Shown: positions 37,601-44,400 of the stretch, in pieces
Numbering within the stretch: the first letter of the stretch is position 1
How the letters are laid out: every line of letters begins with the position of its first letter
Source: an uncultured Christensenellaceae bacterium
Lineage (GTDB): Bacteria > Bacillota > Clostridia > Christensenellales > DTU072
Assembly (NCBI GenBank): GCA_964613035.1
Contig: CAZTFQ010000006.1
Coordinates: forward strand, 28,071-92,070
Length of the DNA stretch: 64,000 nt
Direction: 5' to 3'
Made by a program: the position numbers and the translations under genes
Notes under the pieces: generated by a model
Seen by the model: only the letters and a program-made list of their open reading frames with translations
Told to the model about the DNA's origin: nothing
Database searches by the model: none

Positions 37601-38829
37601 TCCGATAGAACGATTAACGTGCGCGACGACGCATCGACGGATTCTTTTTTTAGACGCGGCGTAAATCTACGTCTCAGTCCTAAGGTTGGCAAAAGTTTAT
37701 GAAACAAACCGTCCAAAGCGTAAATCAGCGGAACGAACGTCAGCGCGGCATACCAATCCATAAAAACAAATCCAGTTAATACGGATATCGACAACGCCGT
37801 CAAAATCAACGCCGATATATAAAATACTTCTTTATTGACGGACTTTTTTACAACTAGATCCGCATTTTTTCCTTTTATGCGATTTATCAAAGATTTTTTA
37901 TATATCGTCAATATTTCCGATACCGTTATGTCGTAAGAGAATGCGAGTTCTGTCGCTATTTCTGCAATCTTCTTTTCGGCAACACGATATTTTTTAGATA
38001 AATTTTCAACGATTTTTAATAGTTCCAAGACAGTGTCTTCCGAAGAATCGGAAATTTCCGGAGATTTAACAAGAATTTTATAAGGTTGCAGCTCTGCGTA
38101 CAAATCGGACAGACAAAAAATTTCTTTCAGATTCATCAGAATCCCGAAAAGATATGCCGCCATACTGTCCGCCGCATACATAGAGGCGTAATAATCCCCT
38201 TCTATACTCTTTTTTTCTATTCCGAGAGCAGTCAGTCTCTCCTCCGCTTCTTCAGCTATTTTAGAATCGGAACAAGCGTAATATAAATACAGGTCGCTGT
38301 TGACGAGATCTGCTCGGAAACGGTGGCAATTCTTGGCAATCTTTTCCGTCTTTCTGTTAAAAAGAATCCTTTTCGCTACCACGTAGAGACCTTCTTCCGC
38401 CGCATATCTCAACGCTCTGCCTAAAGCCGTCAATTCTTTTATATCTAAAGAGACCTCTTGCGAGATTATACGCATGGCATAATTCAGTCTATCTCTGTCG
38501 AGACGATTTTTTGAATTAAAAACAATCGCTCTTGCAATCGAAAGTATCCTCGGGACTTTTTTACCCGGATATAAAGTTCTATTTTCTTCCGGGAAATTTA
38601 CTGATATCAAGTGATAATTATCGGTAAGCCAGGTTTCCGCTTCCGTAAGAACAAGACCGCGCTTTTTTCGGTCGTTACACATTAAGAAAGCCTTTTTTAT
38701 AACGTCGGTCAAAGGATAACGCTCGGGGAACGGGACGGTATCGACGGTACGGTTTTCTTTCGCTGTAGACCTAAGAAGGATTGCGAATTGTTCTTCATCG
38801 AGATAGGATATATCTATTTTTTCATTCAT
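31639..38829 (-). CDS. giant multidomain glycan synthase, cyclic beta-1,2-glucan synthase-like (membrane GT84-like + central alpha/alpha-barrel-like + C-terminal GH94-like phosphorylase module)
   Basis: 2396-aa ORF. GT84-style motifs LLDHDSVLLP (about 37233-37265), LSHDVLEG (about 36949-36975), RWKKGDVQ (about 36843-36869), flanked by TM helices. Central LYNWYF region at about 35983-36013. C-terminal GFRDQLQD (about 32936-32962), HWWH and GGQYTHAAIW (about 32089-32120). Confidence 0.65.
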   Translation of the reverse strand: MNEKIDISYLDEEQFAILLRSTAKENRTVDTVPFPERYPLTDVIKKAFLMCNDRKKRGLVLTEAETWLTDNYHLISVNFPEENRTLYPGKKVPRILSIARAIVFNSKNRLDRDRLNYAMRIISQEVSLDIKELTALGRALRYAAEEGLYVVAKRILFNRKTEKIAKNCHRFRADLVNSDLYLYYACSDSKIAEEAEERLTALGIEKKSIEGDYYASMYAADSMAAYLFGILMNLKEIFCLSDLYAELQPYKILVKSPEISDSSEDTVLELLKIVENLSKKYRVAEKKIAEIATELAFSYDITVSEILTIYKKSLINRIKGKNADLVVKKSVNKEVFYISALILTALSISVLTGFVFMDWYAALTFVPLIYALDGLFHKLLPTLGLRRRFTPRLKKESVDASSRTLIVLSELVSSEKAFDEALTAAKNAYYSNSSDNVGVALLIDFTESREELSDIDAGLIDLIDGYRGEIKIFVRKKVYKNGTYVARDRKKGAIEDLATALYSGDYSAFLRKTSVRTPEYLCLLDHDSVLLPSGVLEMVNIMSHPANSRYDVCAPAIAFNLKNISTYYARSFDSGYETYPYYSSAYYDLFGRAVFCGKGLVRLKSYVSELIGELPEGKLLSHDVLEGAILDTMSGGFVLEDVPDTFFAEEKRASRWKKGDVQCLPYVFSKKLSVSPLYKFIITKSSFSFLSYLSLAVMLGLGLFVSARVGIVSTAIAFLPFLGDLIREMRNFFDKKRFRYAFKDALRGYLETLKYYLLIPYNAIKETVVFLSALKSMITGIGLQEWSTFSENTGKRNLDILIPSSIVLTAICIASYFVSEMAFFAAVSYFSQVAILYLLTEITSFEIVSDEISDSDKDFLLDTARRTYDYFRFLTATGLPADNYRTAPAKVADYTSATDIGFAIMAEVSALGLEIIDKSTFLKNIDVLLKKIIRLKKWKGNLYNWYFVSGKPSIKFVSSVDSGNFLAALIVLKEQLKALNCPDLEKKTRFLISETDLDALFDSDRKQFYIGYDATEGKYEGHYDLFCSETRLLSYIYTAHCRNASHWYALERVYTSMYGNTLLSWSGTAFETALPSIFMPSPKGSITDKTVRNVLRIQRKNGKRGVFGISECAYSDIDGDGNYRYRAYGIEEQSLRREPTSSVYSPYAAFLFLSTSAKSVIRALKKYVDLGQEGRYGFFESMEVRREVKKIHSYMTHHQGMILASVCNLLKHDYISNLFLNDDSVSGATGLLSEKASTLRIESIFAKKLAKTSENKSRYYKKCDKVEYNNGLFFSSNGQISLFFDEDGNNVFRYNGIRASSLLSEYRKEQGGYVFIKKNGSVATPTSAPFYDRRVRYSEIRDNKVFYHNESNRSESVVSKCDFLDARIIRVRQKGKKTDNVSVTFYEPVFLSTIDEIYAQLPYKRMLICSEWIREYNALIFKSSDPGSKKDVYYAVTSKGLSDVKFSSDELSVFGRHAKFSDANFLKTDFSPDEKCGSVLNPCAYIEGKPDYDGEFFECAFVSTFSDNRDGLLKNLAFIHSAEKDFFDYPADSVERVDNKLKYDLLSAFVALIPSDSLDNAAFLGISEEYKNVSQGRPVVHYEFDGELTKLEAVIDAMKIVEKFGYDCKLCVYAHNMNKIRQKISSFFNEKGFCSFLLTEKDYSAYAHIVIDADFGLKYRALEYVTDAESILYPEQQPIRGERIGNGYFDDDGNYVCTSPTEAPYSDVIAEVFGGFIATESGGGYTFGPNSREEKITEFISDPIREVSSEEILLKSSATYRLDSGAFTVKRGECSYSAQFSDFSSDIDMFLLDDGKIKIIKVSLTGECDGRLVFRFSPSLGWKAEKSFLTTSASGDTMRIFNLKNEKSVLVRAVAGGCDIVFSKRNERPYVSVELSAGVSTIYFAIGSVEASILSLTPDLIEKKRLLSIEKFQAINSVSIKTSDEKLDKLFPFLAYQTYSSRLRGRLGYFQIGGAIGFRDQLQDAVALRYTCPEILRDLILECAAHQYREGDVQHWWHTPTFGVRTRISDDKLFLPYAVAEYIEATGDYSVLDEKIPFLSSSPLGYNEIDRVESPSRTTETYSLSEHLKRAIKSALKKGDHGLLTMGSGDWNDSLNAVGKKGKGESVVTTLLAIIAIKKLKKFLPDKERMELYSLERRLTDVVNKKAFDKDRYIRLVTDNGEMEGSENSAHINLDIVPQALAVLADVADNERARIVSDTVDRILVDTDFKLIKLLTPYQKSPKIGYIYAYPDGVRENGGQYTHAAIWYIMSLIKIGEYDKAYTLAEYINPVYRCSDETTAPLYKGEPYVIAADIYSGDFPGRAGWTWYTGSAGWYYRLMIEGFFGIKKHGKYFSIHPHLPEKLSSATVEYRFGKGKYTFKFHRTGIRRIIFDGMEIRGDDDIPLIDDRTVLVKVEY

Positions 38830-38873
38830 AAAAATAGTTATGCCCGATGTCTATACTCGATATACGAAAAGAG

Positions 38874-38902
38874 TTGAAAATAAATGAAAACGGTGTTAAA
38901 AT
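38874..38902 (+). promoter_or_regulatory. candidate sigma-A promoter of rnpB
   Basis: TTGAAA (38874-38879), 17 nt, TAAAAT (38897-38902) with TG at -15/-14. The predicted TSS coincides with the start of helix P1. Confidence 0.5.
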
Positions 38903-38906
38903 AACG

Positions 38907-39225
38907 TTGAGTTACACAGATGACTGCGGTAATTACCGAGGAAAGTCCGAGCATCACAGGGCAGGACGACAGCTAACGGCTGCCGGAGGCGACTCTAGGG
39001 AAAGTGCAACAGAAATATACCGCCGTTTTTTACGGTAAGGATGGAAAGGCGAGGTAAGAGCTCACCGAGAATTTGGTAACAAATTCTGCAATGTAAACCC
39101 CGTCCGATGCAAGACTGAGATCTATGGATTGCCCGTCCGATCTCTTAGGTCGCTTAAGCGTATCGGTGACGATATTGCTAGATAGATGGTCATCAAAACA
39201 GAACTCGGCTTACGGGTAACTCGAA
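38907..39225 (+). ncRNA. rnpB: RNase P RNA, bacterial type A, compact (about 319 nt)
   Basis: Universal motifs GAGGAAAGTCCGAGC (38938-38952), GGGAAAGTGCAACAGAAA, GGTAAGAGCTCACC, GTAAACCCC, ACAGAACTCGGCTTAC (39198-39213). P1 pairing is TTGAGTTAC with GTAACTCGAA. Confidence 0.9.
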
Positions 39226-39252
39226 AAATCCGCTTTTCGGCGGATTTTTTTT
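39224..39252. terminator. bidirectional rho-independent terminator shared by rnpB (+) and sigK (-)
   Basis: AAAAATCCGC, TTTTCG, GCGGATTTTT stem-loop, flanked by an A-run on one side and a T-run on the other. The T-run overlaps the sigK stop codon. Confidence 0.75.
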
Positions 39253-39952
39253 ATAATCTGAAATCGGATCGGAGGAGTTCCGTTCTCAGTTTGGCCACCG
39301 CCTTTTTTTCTATTCTGGAGACGTAGGACCTGGATATTCCCAGTTCTTCCGCTATGGTCTGCTGAGATCGTTCCACGCCGTCACCGAAACCGAATCTTTC
39401 GATTATCACGCGTTTTTCTCTGTCGGTAAGAGAATTATCGATAAGACGAGATATCTTTTCCGAAAGAATTTTTTTGTCGGCTTTAGCAAAGAGTTCTTCC
39501 TCGTCTATCGAAAGCATATCAAGAAAGGTCATTTCGTTGCCGTCTTTATCGGTTCCTACGCTATCGTATAAAGATACGTTACAAAGAGTCTTTTTGTTGG
39601 CACGCATAGCCATAAGAATTTCGTTTTCTATACATCTGGACGCATACGTCGCGAGCGCCGTACCGGATTCCGGTTTATACGACGATATGGCTTTTACCAG
39701 CCCCAGAGACCCTATGGACACCAATTCGTCACGATCGCTGTAATTGGTGTATTTCTTGGCTATATAAGCCACGAGTCTCAAGTTGTGCTTGATGAGTACG
39801 TCTCTTGCCGCGAGGTCGCCGTTTTTATATTTTTCTATATATTCCTTTTCTTTTTCTTTTGACAGCGGTGACGGAAAGCAATTGTCGTTGTCGATTTTCG
39901 ACGTAAAAAAAATTATATTGGACAATAAGGAAAACAATCCTTCCAAAAACAT
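39251..39952 (-). CDS. sigK: sporulation sigma factor SigK (pro-sigma-K, uninterrupted)
   Basis: 233 aa. Pro-sequence followed by NDNCFPSPLSKEKEKEYIEKYKNGD...HNLRLVAYIAKKY...ASRCIENEILM...GISRSYVSRIEKKA, closely paralleling B. subtilis SigK. Confidence 0.88.
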   Translation of the reverse strand: MFLEGLFSLLSNIIFFTSKIDNDNCFPSPLSKEKEKEYIEKYKNGDLAARDVLIKHNLRLVAYIAKKYTNYSDRDELVSIGSLGLVKAISSYKPESGTALATYASRCIENEILMAMRANKKTLCNVSLYDSVGTDKDGNEMTFLDMLSIDEEELFAKADKKILSEKISRLIDNSLTDREKRVIIERFGFGDGVERSQQTIAEELGISRSYVSRIEKKAVAKLRTELLRSDFRL

Positions 39953-39963
39953 ACAATCCCCCT

Positions 39964-39989
39964 AAAAAAAGCGACCTTAAAAGGTCGCT
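39964..39989 (-). terminator. rho-independent terminator after nrdR
   Basis: Minus strand: AGCGACC, TTTTAA, GGTCGCT, TTTTTT, immediately followed by the sigK RBS AGGGGGA. Confidence 0.7.
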
Positions 39990-39996
39990 ATAAGAC

Positions 39997-40024
39997 TACT
40001 GTATGACGATATTACGGGAAAGTT
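39997..40024 (-). promoter_or_regulatory. candidate mother-cell (sigma-E/sigma-K type) promoter for sigK
   Basis: Minus strand reads AC (40023-40022), 16 nt, CATACAGTA (40005-39997). This fits the sigma-K consensus AC-16/17-CATAnnnTA as I recall it. Confidence 0.4.
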
Positions 40025-40035
40025 GACAAAAAATA

Positions 40036-40497
40036 TTATTTTTCTTCCTTTTTTACGAGTGTTTCGATAGCCTGGAGGAAGGTATTGATATCTTTGAATT
40101 CTCTATGGACGCTTGCAAAGCGTACGTAGGCAACCTCGTCGATTTTTACGAGAGCGTCCATAACCAATTCTCCGATTTTCTTAGAGGTTATTTCCTGAGC
40201 GAAGCTATTATGGATATACTTCTCGATATCCGAGACTATATCTTCTATCTGCGTAGCGGAAACGGGACGTTTTTCGCAAGCTTTTAGAATGCCGCTCTTA
40301 ACTTTATCCCTATCGAAGGTCTGACGATTGCCGTTATTTTTTACTACAAGGACGGGGGTTTGTTCTATTTTTTCATAAGTCGTATATCTTTTCCCGCAAT
40401 TTTCGCATTCTCTGCGTCTGCGGATCGACGTACCGTCTTCCGATATACGAGAATCGATGACCTTAGAGTCCATTAGGGAGCAATACGGACATTTCAT
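40036..40497 (-). CDS. nrdR: transcriptional repressor NrdR
   Basis: MKCPYCSLMDSKVIDSR...CENCGKRYTTYE zinc ribbon plus ATP-cone. Confidence 0.95.
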   Translation of the reverse strand: MKCPYCSLMDSKVIDSRISEDGTSIRRRRECENCGKRYTTYEKIEQTPVLVVKNNGNRQTFDRDKVKSGILKACEKRPVSATQIEDIVSDIEKYIHNSFAQEITSKKIGELVMDALVKIDEVAYVRFASVHREFKDINTFLQAIETLVKKEEK

Positions 40498-40528
40498 AAC
40501 AATAAAACCTCTCTTGTATAATGATGAT

Positions 40529-40557
40529 ATTATATATCAAAAAAGAAGTTCTGTAAA
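40529..40557 (-). promoter_or_regulatory. candidate sigma-A promoter of nrdR
   Basis: Minus strand reads TTTACA (40557-40552), 17 nt, TATAAT (40534-40529). Confidence 0.45.
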
Positions 40558-40560
40558 GTG

Positions 40561-40836
40561 TTATATCGGTTGAGGAGGGGTTTTGTCTGCGTGGTTGGAA
40601 CCCAATTCCACCAAAATGACGTCGTTGCCTATCTTAAGCACGCTGCGCCATGGGATAAAAATATTATCCGAAGAAAATGTTTTGAAAAGTTTTTTATCGG
40701 CAGGAAGGATTACGCCCAGAATCTGTCCCGAGCAATTAAACCCCATATCTATGATCCTGCCGAGCTTTTTGCCGTCTGCGATGTTGACGACTTCTTTTTC
40801 ACGTAACGAACAAAACGTATAATCGAGCGCATTCAT
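40561..40836 (-). CDS. ylmC: YlmC/YmxH family sporulation protein (PRC-barrel)
   Basis: 91 aa. SLREKEVVNIADGKKLGRIIDMGFN...IPWRSVLKIGNDVILVE. Conserved position after sigG. Confidence 0.85.
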   Translation of the reverse strand: MNALDYTFCSLREKEVVNIADGKKLGRIIDMGFNCSGQILGVILPADKKLFKTFSSDNIFIPWRSVLKIGNDVILVELGSNHADKTPPQPI

Positions 40837-40880
40837 ATCATTAAGATATGCCGACGAAAATCGATATATGTTTTTTCTCG

Positions 40881-41642
40881 TTAAAAGGCTTGTTTTAAGT
40901 GTGAAATGGCGGTCTTTTCCAGTCTAGATACCTGCGCCTGCGACATATCGAGCGCCGCGGAAATTTCCGTCTGCGTCAAGCCGTCGTAATAGCGGAGCAT
41001 CACTACTCTTTTTTCTTTATCGGGCAATTCCGATAAGGCATGTCTAAGCGTAACGAAGTCCAACAGTTTATCTTCCGACGAGGAGTCCGCTATTTTATCT
41101 ATAACAAGCAATTCTTCGTCGTCGGTGACGGTATCGTAGAGAGAAACGGGATCGCTTATTGCGTCCAGCGCCGACACTATTTCGTCTTCGGGGACGTCTA
41201 TTTTCAACGAAACGTCTCTTACCGACACGTCTTCCGTCGCGACCTGTCTCAGCTCTTCTCTTGCTTTAATTGCTCTATACGCTATATCTCTTATTCTTCT
41301 GCCCACTTTCATCGCGGTGCTTTCTCTGACGAAGCGACGTATTTCCCCCTCTATCATAGGTACCGCATACGTCGAAAAGCGTACTCCGTACGACAAATCG
41401 AAGTTATCGGTCGCTTTTATAAGCCCGAGCATCCCTACCTGAAAAAGGTCGTCCGCGGGCTGACGGGAATCGCGGAATCTCTGCACTATCGACAACACCA
41501 ATCGTACGTTGCCGATAAGAAATTTTTCTCTTGCCGCTTTATCGCCCTTACTTATCGCCAGTAGCAATTCGTCGAGTTCTTTCGTTTTATACTTAGGCAA
41601 TTCTGCCGTGTTAATTCCGTTGATGGTGACAGTTTTACTCAT
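40881..41642 (-). CDS. sigG: sporulation sigma factor SigG
   Basis: 253 aa. GDKAAREKFLIGNVRLVLSIVQRF...DDLFQVGMLGLIKATDNFDLSYGVRFSTYAVPMIEGEIRRF. Synteny spoIIGA-sigE-sigG. Confidence 0.88.
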   Translation of the reverse strand: MSKTVTINGINTAELPKYKTKELDELLLAISKGDKAAREKFLIGNVRLVLSIVQRFRDSRQPADDLFQVGMLGLIKATDNFDLSYGVRFSTYAVPMIEGEIRRFVRESTAMKVGRRIRDIAYRAIKAREELRQVATEDVSVRDVSLKIDVPEDEIVSALDAISDPVSLYDTVTDDEELLVIDKIADSSSEDKLLDFVTLRHALSELPDKEKRVVMLRYYDGLTQTEISAALDMSQAQVSRLEKTAISHLKQAF

Positions 41643-41712
41643 TAAGCTCTCCGTTATGTAGCGAGCTTAAGTAGTATTACACAAAAATCGACAAAATATA
41701 CCTAAACGATCG

Positions 41713-42420
41713 TTAAATAAATCTGGTAAATTCTTTCCTCATATCTAGCAAAATTTTCTTTTCCAATCTCGATATATAGGATTGAGAAATGGAAAATTCG
41801 TCGGCGACTTCCTTTTGAGTCTTTTCCGACTCACCGAACAGTCCGTATCTCATGGCGATGATTTTTCGGTCTCTCACAGACAATCCTTTTACGACGGCTC
41901 TGAGTATTTCCAATTCCGCGGCACTCTCGAGTTCTTTATATCTGACGTCAGAGTCGGTGCCGAGCACGTCGGACAACACAAGCTGATTACCTTCGGAGTC
42001 GGTATTGAGAGGCTCGTCCAAGCTGACTTCCGTCCTGACTCTGACCATTTTTCTAAGATACATAAGAATTTCGTTTTCTATACATCTAGAAGCAAAAGTC
42101 GCCAGCTTGATATTTTTATCTCGAGAAAAACTTTTGACTGCTTTTATCAGTCCGAGAGTACCTACGGAAATAAGCTCGTCCATTTCATAGCCCGTATTAT
42201 CGAATCTTTTGGCTATATAAACTACAAGTCGGAGATTATGTTCGATGAGACGTTCTCGGGCGTTTTCGTCTCCGTTTTCATAAGCGTCGAGCGCTATGCT
42301 TTCTTCCTCCGGCGTTAACGGGACCGGTAATTCCGTAACGTAGTCGACGCGATTATCCGCACCGAAAAAGACTCTGAACTTAAGCTTCAGAAAATTAACG
42401 ATTTCATTAAAATCTATCAT
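41713..42420 (-). CDS. sigE: sporulation sigma factor SigE (pro-sigma-E)
   Basis: 235 aa. N-terminal pro-sequence, then LPVPLTPEEE...HNLRLVVYIAKRF...ASRCIENEILMYLRK...SISQSYISRLEKK. Directly downstream of spoIIGA. Confidence 0.9.
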   Translation of the reverse strand: MIDFNEIVNFLKLKFRVFFGADNRVDYVTELPVPLTPEEESIALDAYENGDENARERLIEHNLRLVVYIAKRFDNTGYEMDELISVGTLGLIKAVKSFSRDKNIKLATFASRCIENEILMYLRKMVRVRTEVSLDEPLNTDSEGNQLVLSDVLGTDSDVRYKELESAAELEILRAVVKGLSVRDRKIIAMRYGLFGESEKTQKEVADEFSISQSYISRLEKKILLDMRKEFTRFI

Positions 42421-42422
42421 AT

Positions 42423-43139
42423 CTACCTCCTCATTGAAGAATTGAGCAATACGGGTTGTCTGACGGGAATATCGGATATAGCTGCGGCTACGTCGAAGGT
42501 CTCGTCGGAAGAATCGTTATAATATAGTTTCAATCGGGCGGGTGCTATTTTTATCGCTTTCAGCCCTGCTACCGTCATAACAGCCGTAGTATCTACGGGA
42601 CGTAGTCCTACGCTCTCCGCAAGACGCTTTTCCACAAAGACTATAGGGGTTCCTTCGTAACTGGCAACGTTACCGTTATCTAAAAATCCCTTGGAAAACG
42701 CACTTCTTTCTCCGTTGATGAGTTCTATTTTATATGACGTGCGTCTGGAAGCGAAATGTCGATTATACAGCAACTTGACTCCTTTTATCGTCAACCATAC
42801 AGCCGCAATAGCCGTAGCCGCCGATAATTCCGACAACGCATTAGGGACAGTCTCCGCGGTGAGAGACACTGCGTGTTCTATCGCTATATATATTACATAA
42901 TCGACCAAGAAAAATAGAACGATTCTTTTTAGGTTATCCGAGTAAAGAATTGTCGAAAACGCTATAAATATAACCGCGACGTTAACGTAATACAACTCGG
43001 GTGCGTCGAATACCGATAACAACCAAGCCGCGGTCATGGAAAGAAACAACGTTTTATACAGTTCCGTATCCGAGCCGAGCACTTCTCCTGCCAAAATCGC
43101 CACGGCGGTTATCAATGCGAATTTCGATATAATTTCCAT
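42423..43139 (-). CDS. spoIIGA: sigma-E processing peptidase SpoIIGA
   Basis: Five hydrophobic N-terminal helices and a C-terminal protease-like part with GFLDNGN (42669-42689). Position before sigE. ATG 43139 is preferred over the TTG at 43148, which abuts the terminator U-tract. Confidence 0.75.
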   Translation of the reverse strand: MEIISKFALITAVAILAGEVLGSDTELYKTLFLSMTAAWLLSVFDAPELYYVNVAVIFIAFSTILYSDNLKRIVLFFLVDYVIYIAIEHAVSLTAETVPNALSELSAATAIAAVWLTIKGVKLLYNRHFASRRTSYKIELINGERSAFSKGFLDNGNVASYEGTPIVFVEKRLAESVGLRPVDTTAVMTVAGLKAIKIAPARLKLYYNDSSDETFDVAAAISDIPVRQPVLLNSSMRR

Positions 43140-43146
43140 ACACAAC

Positions 43147-43178
43147 AATAAAAAAGACGCTCAATTCTTCGAGCGTCT
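43147..43178 (-). terminator. rho-independent terminator after ftsZ
   Basis: Minus strand: AGACGCTC, 8-nt loop, GAGCGTCT, then TTTTTTATT. Confidence 0.7.
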
Positions 43179-43206
43179 CATCTTTCGTATAAAGGGATAA
43201 TAACGA

Positions 43207-44388
43207 CTATAGATTCTTTAATTTTCTGATAAACGGAGGTATGTTTTCTTCGTCCAACTTCATTCTGGAAGAAGGAATCTCATCGCCTGCGTCGGATATT
43301 TTCTCCGCGGGAGCTTCCTGGGAGGATTCTTTTTCGACGTACATACGGTCGATTTTTTCCGATTTATCCTTATTCATCGAGAGCGATTCCAAAACTTTGA
43401 TATCGTGATAAGGATTGATACCGCTAGAGCGTTTTTGGTTCTTATTAAATCCCGTAGCCACAATCGTAACGGAGACCTGGTCGTTGAAATCGGGGTCGAT
43501 GCCGTATCCGAAAATAATGTTCGCGTCCGGAGAAACGACTTCTCTTACCAATTCCGCGGCGTCGGAACCTGCCGTGATGCCCAAAGACGGGTCGCTGACG
43601 ATATAAAGTATAACGCCGGTAGCGCCCATAATGGTCGTCTCGAGAAGAGGACTCTGAGCTGCTTGTCTGACCGCGTCGAGGACTTTGTTTTCCCCTTTTC
43701 CTATACCTATACCGATATGAGCGGAAACGCTGTTTTTCAAGACTTTTTTTACGTCGGCGAAATCCAGATTGATGATGGAATTACGCACGATCATATCGGT
43801 TACGCCTTGTATTGCCTGTCTCAAAACGTCGTCTATAACCATAAACGCTTTGATAAAACTGGTGTCCTTAGGGAGATACGAACGGACTTTTTCGTTGGGG
43901 ATAACGATAAGGGTATCGACATTCTTCTTCAATTCTTCTATACCCTTTTCGGCATTTTCCATTCTTACGGCACCTTCGAAACTTATAAAAGGCTTGGTAA
44001 CTACCGCGACGGTTAAAATGCCCATTTCTTTGGCAATTCTTGCTACGACCGGAGCCGCGCCGGTACCTGTACCGCCGCCCATTCCTGCCGTAATGAAGAG
44101 AAGATTGGTCCCCTCCAATACTGCCTTGATATCTTCCGCAGATTCTTCTGCGGCACGCTTTCCGATATCGGGATCGGATCCCGCACCCAAACCGCCGGTA
44201 AGTTCTACGCCGAGCTGAACTCTCGTAGGTGCTTTGGACACGTTTAAGGCTTGCCTGTCGGTGTTCATCGAAATAAACTCGCAAGAGTTGACTCCGGCAA
44301 GTATCATCCTATTGACGGCGTTGCCGCCGCCTCCGCCTACGCCTGCGACCTTAATGACCGCGCCGAATTCCGCTGCTTTATTCTCCAC
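43207..44388 (-). CDS. ftsZ: cell division protein FtsZ
   Basis: GVGGGGGNAVNRM, GMGGGTGTGAAPV, and C-terminal peptide ENIPPFIRKL. Confidence 0.97.
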   Translation of the reverse strand: MENKAAEFGAVIKVAGVGGGGGNAVNRMILAGVNSCEFISMNTDRQALNVSKAPTRVQLGVELTGGLGAGSDPDIGKRAAEESAEDIKAVLEGTNLLFITAGMGGGTGTGAAPVVARIAKEMGILTVAVVTKPFISFEGAVRMENAEKGIEELKKNVDTLIVIPNEKVRSYLPKDTSFIKAFMVIDDVLRQAIQGVTDMIVRNSIINLDFADVKKVLKNSVSAHIGIGIGKGENKVLDAVRQAAQSPLLETTIMGATGVILYIVSDPSLGITAGSDAAELVREVVSPDANIIFGYGIDPDFNDQVSVTIVATGFNKNQKRSSGINPYHDIKVLESLSMNKDKSEKIDRMYVEKESSQEAPAEKISDAGDEIPSSRMKLDEENIPPFIRKLKNL

Positions 44389-44400
44389 TTTTTATTCCTC

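Noticed and set aside
38847-39038. 63-aa plus-strand ORF.
   Set aside because: It overlaps the 5' half of RNase P RNA, including the GAGGAAAGTCCG core. The RNA gene explains the sequence.
41643-41712. Tried to match a forespore (sigma-F/sigma-G) promoter upstream of sigG (GTATAT...TAATACTA).
   Set aside because: There is only a partial resemblance to the GnATA/CATnnTA-type consensus as I remember it. Spacing is ambiguous, so this is not reportable as a feature.
43179-43206. Possible Spo0A boxes (xxxCGAA: ATACGAA, GCTCGAA) upstream of spoIIGA.
   Set aside because: Each matches only 5 of 7 positions of TGNCGAA, and one lies inside the ftsZ terminator stem. This is not distinguishable from chance.
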